A DNA stretch of 64,000 nucleotides. It comes from Octopus vulgaris (taxonomy: Eukaryota). The position numbers and the translations under genes were made by a program. Position 1 is the first letter of the stretch, and every line of letters begins with the position of its first letter. Below, one piece after another: positions 40,862 to 52,800 of the stretch. The notes beneath the pieces are model-generated. The model ran no database searches. It was not told where the DNA came from and saw only the letters and a list, made by a program, of their open reading frames with translations. The stretch lies in contig OX597830.1 in the NCBI GenBank assembly GCA_951406725.2, forward strand, positions 58,528,001 through 58,592,000, read 5' to 3'.

Positions 40862-43800
40862 GTGAGTGTTTTCATATAACAAGGATTTCTTGAAGTTGTA
40901 AATTGATTAATTAATGAATTGGATTCCGGTTTCTGTGTTTATCGTCCCAAAACTCTTTTGGAGGTGATTATTAGGTCAACCTCTGACTTTGGTTATTTTT
41001 AGTCCCCACCACATTCCAACGCAGTGGAACCTCTCGAGCTACTCAGCCCCTACACGGTCACTCGCCCTAGTAGAGATGGTAGCCAATACTTCCTCCTCAA
41101 CCGTCCTTAAAAAAGGAAGAAAGATGGTTATAATTGAATTCCCGCGACCCCAGGTTTGCTCAATCGGATTAAACAATTCTTTTATTTTTGCATTTTAATT
41201 AGCGAGTGTTCTTGGACACTGGCCAGTCCCTTATCGACCCATTTCGTTTCTTTTCAAATATCACCAGGATGACGAAAGAAATTCTAATAATGTGTTATAT
41301 AAGTCAATTTAAACGTCAGTGCCTTTGTGTGTTTTTAATTAGTGTTGTTTTACTACAAGTAGCAACAGAAACATCACATTGTTTGTAAAAGGACAACATT
41401 GAACCTGCTGCAGCACGATGGAATCAATTAGAATATCTAGAAAACAATGTATACAGGGGAGATGTAGAGGAGTGTCTGTTGTAAACTTACGGAAAAAACA
41501 GGTTTCAAATAAATGTCTGGGAAATTGGTCAGTAGTAGGCAATGCAGACACTTCATTAGATGCAGTTGATAACAACTGTTACCTAGGTGCTCTAATTAGC
41601 ACTAATTAAGTACTTGGCTGCCTTCAGAGGATTTCAATTTGTTGCAAGTATTCCAACCAGATTCCTTCGCTCTTTCTTTACCTTTGTTTTTCCTTGAGCT
41701 GTTCTGGTGATGCATCGACTACTTCAGTCTCGCCAACCCAATAGGACGGACATGGGTTCTGCTTCTTCTTCTCTCACTAACTTGTCAAAGGAAACGGGGT
41801 TGGGGGGAAGGCTCCTTCCTTCAGAGGGCAGACCACCACAATATCCAAAGGCTATACTGTGAAATGACCTGATCTAGGCTGTGGTTACACTACATGCTAA
41901 AGTGTAAATGGCTCGGTAGACTGCACGCTAAAATGGTACCAAAAATTGTTGGATGTTATGGAAATACAGTTGTTTTGAGTATAAAATGAATGGAAGAAAC
42001 TGAAGAAGCCAATATTGTTTTTGTGAAGTAATAGTTTCTCTCAGAGTGCAGGAGAGTCTGTAAACAGGCATAGAGAAGGAATGTGATGATGCAAGAAAGA
42101 CTGAAATGAGTTGGATATATTCTACACTCGATATGAAAGGTGAAGTACAAATGAGTTGAGAAAGCAGTTGGGCAAGAGAGGTGACGGTGCTGGTGAGGAG
42201 ATGTTCTGAGTGATTACCAAACCAAATTTTCATCAATCTATGATGCTTTATTTACAGACAGAAGAAAGGAGAGAGCTTCATACAAAATTATGCTTAAATG
42301 TATCTTTGTTCATTCATTTTTATGTCCATTTTTCATGTTTGCAAGGGTTAGAAAAAAGTATCCCTGAGGCAGTTTTACAGCTGGGTACCTTTCCTGTTGC
42401 CAACCCTTACCTGTTTAAGAGTGTAAAGTTGGAGATGGCAGCATTGTCACTGCTGTAGCTGTGGGATTTTCAGAGAAGCACAAGTGAAAACAAGCACATG
42501 GACGCATGCACGTGTGCACACACACACACACACACACACACACAGATGCACACGCAAGCACACATATAAACTCACGTACATGCCAGCATGGAAAGTGACA
42601 TTAAATGATGATGATGATGATGATGATACATACAACAAGCTTTTAGTTTCTGCCAACCAAATCTGCTCACAAGGCTTTAGTTGATCAAGTGCTGTAGCAG
42701 AAGAGCTTTACCCAAGATGCCAAACTCAAAACCATGTGGTGTGGTTGAGAAGTGAACTTCTTGATAAATCTTACAATTACATTTCTAATGTTATTCTCAA
42801 TCCTATTTTAAAGTGCAAAATTGTTTTGTTTGATTTTAATTTTTTTAAGCTTTGATGTTCTGACTTATGCTCACCTATACAAATTTCCTATCTTATTAGC
42901 ATTGTTCATAATAAGTTTATATTGCATAGATATATAGAGTTGAAGAAATTACTTGAACATCTTAGAACTTAGACAATACAGCTAAAAGAAGAATGCCATA
43001 TTTTCAGGAATACAAGTCGACATAATGTAAACAATCACAACTTCATCACCAACTTTCCAAATTCTGCTGCATTTCATGTGGAATTTTCGGTCCTCCAAAG
43101 TTGTCTTGGTGATCATCTAGAAGTTAACCGAACCCTTTTTTTGGTTGTTGTAAATTTTGGTTTGTGAAATTCAGCTTCTTTGCCAGAAATTATGATCGGT
43201 TTTTGATAGTTGCACCATTTCATGCAGTGGATTGGATTGGAAAAGCAAATGGAATCATAAAGTATTGAAATATTGTCTCATATATGTTTGCATTTGTGAA
43301 GGTGTGTAGCCTTGTGGTTAGGGGGTTGCACTCATGGTCGCCAGACCATGGGTTCAATTCCCAAACTAGGCAGTGTGTTGTGTTCTTTAGCAAACCACTT
43401 CATTTCACATTGTTCTAGTCCACTCAGCGGTAAATGGGTCACCCTGTGATGGACGGACCTTTCAGTCGGGGGGGAATGTTGGCCTGCTTGCCTAGCCAGG
43501 GAGATGGCATCATTCAGAAGCTAAAACAATGTGAAACGCATTGTGACTAGCGATGTATAACAACATCTGACAGTCTTGTCAATCACATGATCACATGATA
43601 TTCACTTTTACTGCAGACGTTTTGGTGTGTTTCTAGGATGGACACTTTGCGTACATACTTTGTCTGTTGACCATGCTTTTGTGACTGGGAGTCCATTCAG
43701 TTCATTAAATTGCAGGACAGGAAACAAAACCTGGGAGACAACAACAAAAGGAGTTCAACAATTTTAAATCTGGCAAGACTGATTCGTTTGTTTTTCTCTC

Positions 43801-46800
43801 TCACTCTGCTGTTCATGGAGCAAGGTTGGTTACAAGTATCTTGACTGCACTGAACTATAGCTAACTTGCTCAAGGCTTACTACATAAAATTTAAGTATTC
43901 AAGGATGCTCTTACATATTGCTACACAAACGTGTGTGTGTGTGTGTGTTTGTAAACAAACATGCACACATGGAGCAGCTTTTCACAATCCTCTCACAAAT
44001 ACAATTATGTTTTTGTAAGAGAAAATATAACCTATATGTGTGTGTGTGTTTATGTATATATTTGTATGCGTGAAAACACACACACATTGAACACTGAAAA
44101 TGTAGTTGGTATTTCGATTATAAAATACCAATTATGTTTTCTTTAATGTGGCTTGAATTCTACACACCAACCTGTCTGCAGATACGATGGTTTGGGTCTA
44201 ACTGTGCTGAGTATAGGAGTGCAGTGTAGATCTTTCTACCAAGCCCAAACATTTAGTTGCATGTCGTGTCCTCTAGTGCAACACACACGCACACACACAC
44301 TTGTTAATTCAATATGAGTATAAACTTTGTCTGCTTAACAAAGCTTGTCTACAGGTATCAGTAACAAATGCTATCATATAACAAAATTGATATATTACTG
44401 GAGACACACACATATATATTGACGGGAAGGAGGTGGTCAGGATTTGGATAAAAACTATTGACAAAAGCACTAAATAAAAAGTTGTTTTTTTTTCCGGGTC
44501 CTGGCTGCCTCTTTTTTGTTAATATATAAAATCTGTCCGCTACTTCAAACATGTGGCATGTAAAAGGCACCCACTACACTCACGGAGTGGTTGGCGTTAG
44601 GAAGGGCATCCAGCCGTAGAAACATTGCCAGATCAGACCGGGCCTGGTGCAGCCTTCTGGCTTCCCAAATCCCAGTTGAACCGTCCAACCCATGCTAGCA
44701 TGGAAAACGGACGCTAAACGAAGAAGAAGAAGAATATGTCTTTGCTGTTTTACAAGATATGTGGCAATAAAATGTCTGAGAGGAACATGCTGTACTAGTT
44801 ACAACATCTTAGTAAGTGTACATGATTAGTATGACCAATTTATTACTGGTACTTGAGCTGGCAGAATTGTGAGCATGTGGGGCAAACTGCTTAGTAGCGT
44901 TTCGTCTGTCTTTACTTTCTGAGTTCAAATTCCACCAAGGTCAGTTTTGCCTTGCATCTTTTTTGGGGTTGATAAAAGAAGTACCAGTTGAACAGTGGGG
45001 GGCAATATAATCAACTTACCCCCGAAATTGCTGGCCTTGTGCCAAAATTTGAAACCAATATCTTACTAGTACTTTTGGTATGAACCACAAGTATGGAAAA
45101 AATTATCCTTGGTGATAAACTGAGAACTGAAAGGGGTAACTCAGTGCAATAGGTTACACTGTTCATTGTCCTCTCTGTTCTAAAAGATATAAATCTACAT
45201 CATCATCATCGTCATATCTGTTTTTCCATGCTGGTATGGGTTGGACAGATTTCGTTGCTAATTTGTCATTTAGTACACATAACAGCAGAGACTATCATCC
45301 ATGTCTGGAGTGTGGGAGAGGTCATCTCTGGCTAAACTAAAGACACCTCTCCATCCTGTGCCACCTCTGTTCCTTTCTTTGACTGGATGCTTTTCTCCAT
45401 CACCAATCACTTCAAAATGTGGATTCGATGCATTTGTTGTGTCATGGAGAGTAAAATCATTCAACTATCTATTACTTATGTCATACTTTATAATAATAAT
45501 AATCTTTTCTACTATAGGCACAAGGCCTGAAATTTGGGGGAAGGGAATAATTGATTGCATTGACCCTAGTGTTCAACTGATACTTATTTTATTGACCCCA
45601 AAAGGATGAAAGGCAATGTTGACCTCAGCAAAATTTGAACTCAGAACGTGAAGATAGATGAAATGCCACTAAGCATTTTGCCTGGTGTGTTAACAATTAA
45701 TAATAATAATCATCATCCTTTGTATTATAGGCACAAGGCCTGAAATTTAAGGGAGGGGGGGCTAGTTGATTACATCGACCCCAGTACTCTACTGGTACTT
45801 ATTTTATCGACCTTGAAAGGATGAATAATACTAATAATAATGAACTTATTGTATACAGGGGACACACCAGGCATACTTTTGGTGAATTTGAGGAAGCCTG
45901 GAAGTTTTGAAGGGTGTAGAATTTCTATAGCTAACAACTGATGCAGGTAGTTTATTCCACACCCCAGCAATTCTGAGGGTGAAAAAACGATTACGAGTTA
46001 TGTGCTGCCTGACTGGCTCCCTGTGCCAGTAACACGTAAAAAAGCCCCATCCAAATGTGGCTGATGCCAGTGCCGCCTGATTGGCTCCCATGCTGGTGGC
46101 ACATAAAAAGCACCCATTTGCTCTCTTGGAGTGGTTGGCGTTAGGAGGGGCATCCAGCTGTAGAAACTTTGCCAGATCAGATTGGAGCCTGGTGTGGCCT
46201 CCTGGCTTGCCAGTCCCCTGTCAAACTGTCCAACCCATGCCAGCATGGAAAGCGGATGTTAAATGATGATGATGAAACTGATATGTTTTCTGTTTTTTCT
46301 TTTTTTTGTTTTCCCCACAGCTTCCGTCCCTTGGCCTGACGATGCAGCACTTTACCAACCTTATGAAAGTTAGTAAACAAATTTTCATTTCTCATTAACT
46401 GCTCCAGAATAACAAATGCAAAGTCTTAATGAATTGGTTGTGGAATACTAATTTCTTTTGATTTTGTAGGACATCAAGAATGGGTGTGGCTGGGGCTGTT
46501 TTAAGTAATTACCAAATGTGGGCACTGTTAATTGGAAAATTAACTCAGTTAATTCTTTAAAAATGTAACAGAAGTTATTGATAAAACGTTAACATTAGTT
46601 TTTATTATTATTAAAAAACCCCAAAAACCCAGTTTTTGCTCTAAAAAGTGCCAAAACTGTAAAATTCGTTAACTTCAACTGAATTGAAGTTAATGGAAGT
46701 TAACTCAGGTTGACATGAGTTAATCGAAGTTAATTGGAATGATAATGATTTCCAAAGTTAATTTAAAAGTCAAATCGTTAACGAAAATGTTAACTTCGTT

Positions 46801-49800
46801 AATTAACAATTAACAGATTAGCCCTTTCGTTACCAACCTGGCTGAAACCGGCTCTAGCTCTGTAGTACAAATGTCTTATTTTCATAAGTTTTGAATTAAA
46901 ATCTTCCACCAAACCTTAGTCACAATTTATGTTCCTAACACTAACTTAATGATGGCTAAGTTATTTTACCAAATTCTTTGTTAAAGTAATTGAAAGAAAC
47001 ACAGAGCATCTCAACAGAAATACGGTAATGAAAGGGTTAATAGTTTGGTGCCCAGGTTTGGTAACAACAGTATATTTTTGGTAATTCACATACATACTTT
47101 TATGAACAATACAATCCCCTCTACACAACAACATGACCTGCTAGACATAGCAGCCAAATCTCTCTACTTCAAAATACTTAGTCATTTCTACATTTTACTT
47201 ATTATTTTAACTTTTTTCTTTCTTTAAATTTTGGGATATTTAGGAATTCTTCCTGTGTTTATGTTCTTAATTTTGGTGTTCTCTAGATCTGTAACACTTC
47301 CGAACTGTGCACGTATCCCTGGCAGATCTGTGTAACTCTGCAAAATAAGATGGCTTAATGAAGATAATGAAACAATTCAGCTTATAAAAATATATTTAAT
47401 ATTTAAAGACAATGTTTAATAATGTTATTTAGTATTGTTGTGGAATAATATTTAGATTATAACCCTGAGTATTTTAGGCGATTAATGTGATAGGCAACTG
47501 ACTTTTAACCTCATCTTTGGATCTGAGACATTGTCCAATATTTCCACTGACACAGCCAGCATGCAGCTGTGGCCTCATCACTAAAGACCCTATTGCTTGT
47601 AGTTTAGAAATAAGAACTCTTTTGTTTAAATCTAGTCCACTACTCTGCACACATCCAGGAATAAGGTTCCCGATGAGGATTGGCAGTTCAGAATTTAGTA
47701 CAGATTGTAAATATTAGTGATTTATAGTCTGGGGAATCATAATCTTAAAAACAACTTTTTTGAGACATTTAGACAGTTGTTAGCCCTTTAGAATTCAGAT
47801 TACTCTTGGAAATATATAATGGTTATTTATTCACATTGTTTCGAATTGATCAGGCACAAAGTTATGGATTTTGATGATGTGGTTGGGTAGGTGTAAGAAG
47901 CCAGGTTAGGCTGGTTGGGACATAAAACAAGTGGAATATTTGGGCTGGATACGGTTGGTTGAAATTGGTTGAAATGCTAAAGGGTTAATGTAACAACTGC
48001 CTTTTGAGATGGAATGGTCAGTCTTGAAGCCAATATGTATAGATATCCATCACATAATTTATTAAAGTAGGTTCTAAACATTTAAATATTGTTTTACAGA
48101 TTGAACTGCTTGACTATCCTGCTGTTTCTTTCAATTCTATATTTAAGAGATGAGGAATTATGTACATTATTTGCATTATTTACATTTGATGGATATTTGT
48201 CCTCATCTTGTTTGCTGTTAACACAACATTTCGGCTGATATATCCTCCAGCCTTCATCAGGTGTCTTGGGGAAATTTTGAACCTGGATTCTCATTCCTAA
48301 GGTATTTTTTGATGTTATTATTAGTGTTATTATTAAAGTCACTGCTTGGAATTGAACTTGGAATCTTGCGGTGAGTAGTCTGCGCTCTTAATCACTAATG
48401 CTTATGCCCACAGGCATATGGTGGTGTGGTTAAGAGTGTGGGCTTCTAACCCCAAGATTCCGAGTTCAATTCCAAGCAGTGACCTGAATAATCATAATAA
48501 TAATGATAAAAAAAAAAAATGCTTTCTAATTGATGTATCAATACCGGCAGATGACAACGTGTCTCTAAAAGAAATGGAGAAACTTTCAAAATACAAAGAC
48601 CTGGAAATAGAGGTAACCAGAATGTGGAATCTAAAAGCAGAAACAATTCCTATCATAATAGGTGCATTAGGTATGATAAAAAAATATTCAGACAAATACA
48701 TAACAAAAACACCAGGACTTACAAACACATATAAGATACAGAAAATTGCACTACTAGGCACTGCACACATCCTACGCAGAACACTTTCCATATAATAACC
48801 ATCAGAGCATCACAACAAATCACAGCACATACCCAAGGCACACAGAGCTGCGCTTGGTAGTGAAGTGAAAGCACACTATAAAAATAAAACTACTGAATAA
48901 TAATAATAATAACATTGAAAAATACCTTAGGAATGAGAACCCAGGTCTGAAATTTTCCCCAAGACACCTGATGAAGGGCGGGAGAGTATATCAGCCGAAA
49001 CGTGTTAACAACAAACAAGACGAGAACAAATATCCATCAAATGTAAATAATGCTGCTGTTTCACATTTCACAACATGTTAACATGACTAGCTGCACAAAT
49101 ATGGTCGGCTTATTATTTTCAATTTTAGTGTGTCTGTGTTACCTTCAGTAAATCTTGTGACAGGTTCCTAGTGACGAAATGTCCCGAAACTGACCACAGT
49201 GTTGTTTGTGTCATGGGATGTACAAAAAATACTTGAGACAATAATCCAAAATTTTTCTGTAGCAAAACTAAATATATTTAAAATATTTTGTATGTTTTTG
49301 CATCGTGAATTATTTCATTCTCATGTTGTAAGATGTTTCAAATAATTTCATTTCATTGAAAACAATAATAAAAATGATGCTTTTGACTATATTTTTGTTT
49401 CTGAAATATCATTTCACTGGTGTTTTATTTTTGTTTTGTTTCAGAGGAGCAAATATTGCTGACTGATTCTGCTAACTGTCTGAGTGTGAAGACATTTCTA
49501 AAAATGTGTGGGTTGAATTTTAACCTAGAACTGCGTGTCAATGCCGAGGAAATGTCTCCTTCAGGTAAGAAAGAGAAAGAGAAATTGTTAAGAGCATTCA
49601 TTCTTCTTTGTAGTCTTTGTGTCTATTTGAAATGTTTGATTTTGGTATTTAGAATTGATTGAATTTTTTTTCTACTTCAGGTAAAATACCATTTATCAAA
49701 GTAGGACCATTCCTGATCTCTGAAATGGACCCAATTATTGCATTCGTTAACACCAAGGTTTGTACATGACTAATTAACTTTTGTTGCTTTTACTCAGCTT

Positions 49801-52800
49801 CCTTCTTTGTTTTGCTTTCTTTTTATTATCTAACCCCTACTTCACCCTGATCTAGCAGACTCATCACCAAAGGCATCCCAGTGTTGCATAACCAGCCAAC
49901 TCAAAAGTACCCTTGGATCGTAGGGCAACATGCTGTGCTTGAGGAGACCTATTGAATCAAGTACATCAACATCAAATGGAAATCGTAGTTGTGGTCCCCA
50001 TGCTGGAGGCATGTAAAAAGCACCATCCGAATGTGGTCGATGCCAGCTCCCTTGCCCTGACTGGCTTCTGTGCTGGTGGTATGTAAAAAGCATCATCTGA
50101 ACATGGTCGATGCCAGCCCCCTCTGGCCCCTGTGCCAGTGGAACATAAAAGCACCCACTACACTCTCGGAGTGGTTGGCATTAATTAGGAAGGGCATCCA
50201 GCTGTAGAAACATTGCAAGATCAGACTGGAGACTGGTGCAGCCTCCTGGCGTTCCAGACCCTAGTTGAACTGTCCAATCCATGCCAGCAGACGTTAAACA
50301 ATGATGATGATGATGATTTAGGAGGGCGATAAGGTGGGAGAAGAGAGAGAGTAAGACATCACAAGGGCCAGTATAGGTGAAAAGATAGGGGGGGGGGAAA
50401 GCTGGGATATTTGGGGGTGGAGTGAATTTTAGCAATAATAGAGACGAACAAAGGTAAGAGTGAGTGATGAAATAAAGCTAAGTGTAGATGTATGTGTGGC
50501 CATAGAGGTGACCTGGAGGAGTGAGAGTGCTGGCTGGGAGTACAGCAGGGTGAAGCTAGAGCGTGTTAGGTGGGGGGTGGGTGAGCGGCAGGGTCCAGTG
50601 CAGATGAATATGACATTTTTGAATGCTTTAATTAGCATTTCAGTCATGACCTGCTTACCTTCTTTTCAGGCAAATGGTTCTTTAAAATTGACTTGGGCAG
50701 TTTATTGTATTACCTCATTAATGGACAATGTCTCATTTTTTGGAAATCCTCTTCATCATCGTTATTTAACATCTGCTTTCCATGCTGGCATGGGTTGGAC
50801 AGTTGAGGGCTGGCAAGCCAGAAGGCTGCACCAGGCTCCAATCTGATCTGGCAGTGTTTCTACAGTTTAATGCCCTTCCTAACACCAGCCACTTTGAGAG
50901 TGTAGTGGGTGCTTTTTATGTGCCACTGGCATGAGAGCCAGTCAGGCAGTACTGGCATTGGCCATGTTCTATTGGTGCTTTTTATGTGCCACCGGCATGG
51001 GAGCCAGTGTGGCGGCACTGGCATCGACCACAAATGGTGCTTTTTATGTGCCATTAGCATGAGAGCCAGTCAGGCAGTACTGGCATTGGCCATGTTCTAT
51101 TGGTGCTTTTTATGTGCCACCGGCATGGGAGCCAGTCTGGCGGCACTGGCATCGACCACAAATGGTATGTGCCACCAGCATGGGAGCCAGTCAGGCAGTA
51201 CTGGCATTGGCCATGTTCTATTGGTGCTTTTTATGTGCCACCGGCATGGGAGCCAGTCTGGCGGCACTGGCATCGACCACAAATGGTGCTTTTTATGTGC
51301 CACCAGCATGGGAGCCAGTCAGGCAGTACTGGCATTGGCCATGTTCTATTGGTGCTTTTTATGTGCCACCGGCATCTGGCGGCACTGGCCACCAGTGCTT
51401 TTTATGTGCACAGTCTGGCCACTGAGCCAGTCTGGCGGCACTGGCATCGACCACAAATGGTGCTTTTTATGTGCCACCAGCATGGGAGCCAGTCAGGCAG
51501 TACTGGCATTAGCCATGTTCTATTGGTGCTTTTTATGTGCCACCGGCATGGGAGCCAGTCTGGCGGCACTGGCATCGACCATGAATGGTGCTTTTTATGT
51601 GCCACCGGCACGGAAGCCAGTCAGGTGGTACTGGCATCAACCACGCTCAAATGGTGCTTTTTAAATTTGATATAAATATTATGAAGTCTTTTGTGTTTCT
51701 TTTGTTTCTTCATATTTACAGGATTCCTTGAGAGCAAATAAAATAAACAATATGACGAGAGAAATATACTGAAAGAGTTCTTAGGAGATGAGAAACCGTA
51801 AACATTTCTAAGTAATATTTATAGTTGAATAACGGCCTTTAACAAGTTAATGATTTCTTATTTCGGCTGAAAGCAATTTTACAGAAAAAGAGAAATATCA
51901 GTTAATTGAACCACTTTTAGTTTATTTCTGATTTCCTTTTTGTCAATAAAAAATGACTGACAAAATGGTTCACTTCAGATTATAACCTTCACTTATAACT
52001 TTGACAGATAAAACAGCAAACAATTTTCTCTCTTATTTCCCTCTTATTTCATCGCACTCAAGTTAAACTGCTGCTGTTGCTGTTTTTGATTTGTATCCAG
52101 TCTCTTTCTATTTCCACAGGGGTTCCACATCAGCAGTCATTTATCCGACTCCCAACAATCTGAAATGAGGGCCTACATGGCCCTGGTGGAGAGCATCCTT
52201 ATTAATGCTGAGGTCAGTCTTTTATTTTTACTTCAGTTCTCAATAATTTCTTACTTGTTCATCATCATTTAACGTCTGTTTTTCCATGCATGCATGGGCC
52301 GGACTCTTACCTCTTACTTAACATTCTAGCTTTCATCGTGCCAAAGTTGCCAAATGTTGTTGATGCATTCATATAAGAATGACTAAAATAGTGAGGAATA
52401 TAACTGGACATGTGATGTTGGTGTGCATGAGCACCAGTGCTTTATAGGTGGTACCAGCACCAGTGCTTTATAGGTAGTACCAGCACTAGTGCTTTATAGG
52501 TGGTACCAGCACCAGTGCTTTATAGGTGGTACCAGCACCAGTGCTTTATAGGTGGTACCAGCACTAGTGCTTTATAGGTGGTACCAGCACTAGTGCTTTA
52601 TAGGTAGTACCAGCACCAGTGCTTTATAGGTAGTACCAGCACTAGTGCTTTATAGGTGGTACCAGCACCAGTGCTTTATAGGTAGTACCAGCACTAGTGC
52701 TTTATAGGTGGTACCAGCACCAGTGCTTTATAGGTGGTACCAGCACTAGTGCTTTATAGGTAGTACCAGCACCAGTGCTTTATAGGTGGTACCAGCACCA

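Noticed and set aside
48413-48486. tRNA gene
   Set aside because: A/B boxes are present but the acceptor and T stems do not pair and it runs into a repeat body; it is a SINE-type head. The same applies to 1603, 14930-15003 and 43298.
50909-51675. 251-aa and 191-aa repetitive ORFs
   Set aside because: They are translations of a tandemly amplified RTE 3'-UTR repeat inside MTX2 intron 4 with no splice or domain support.
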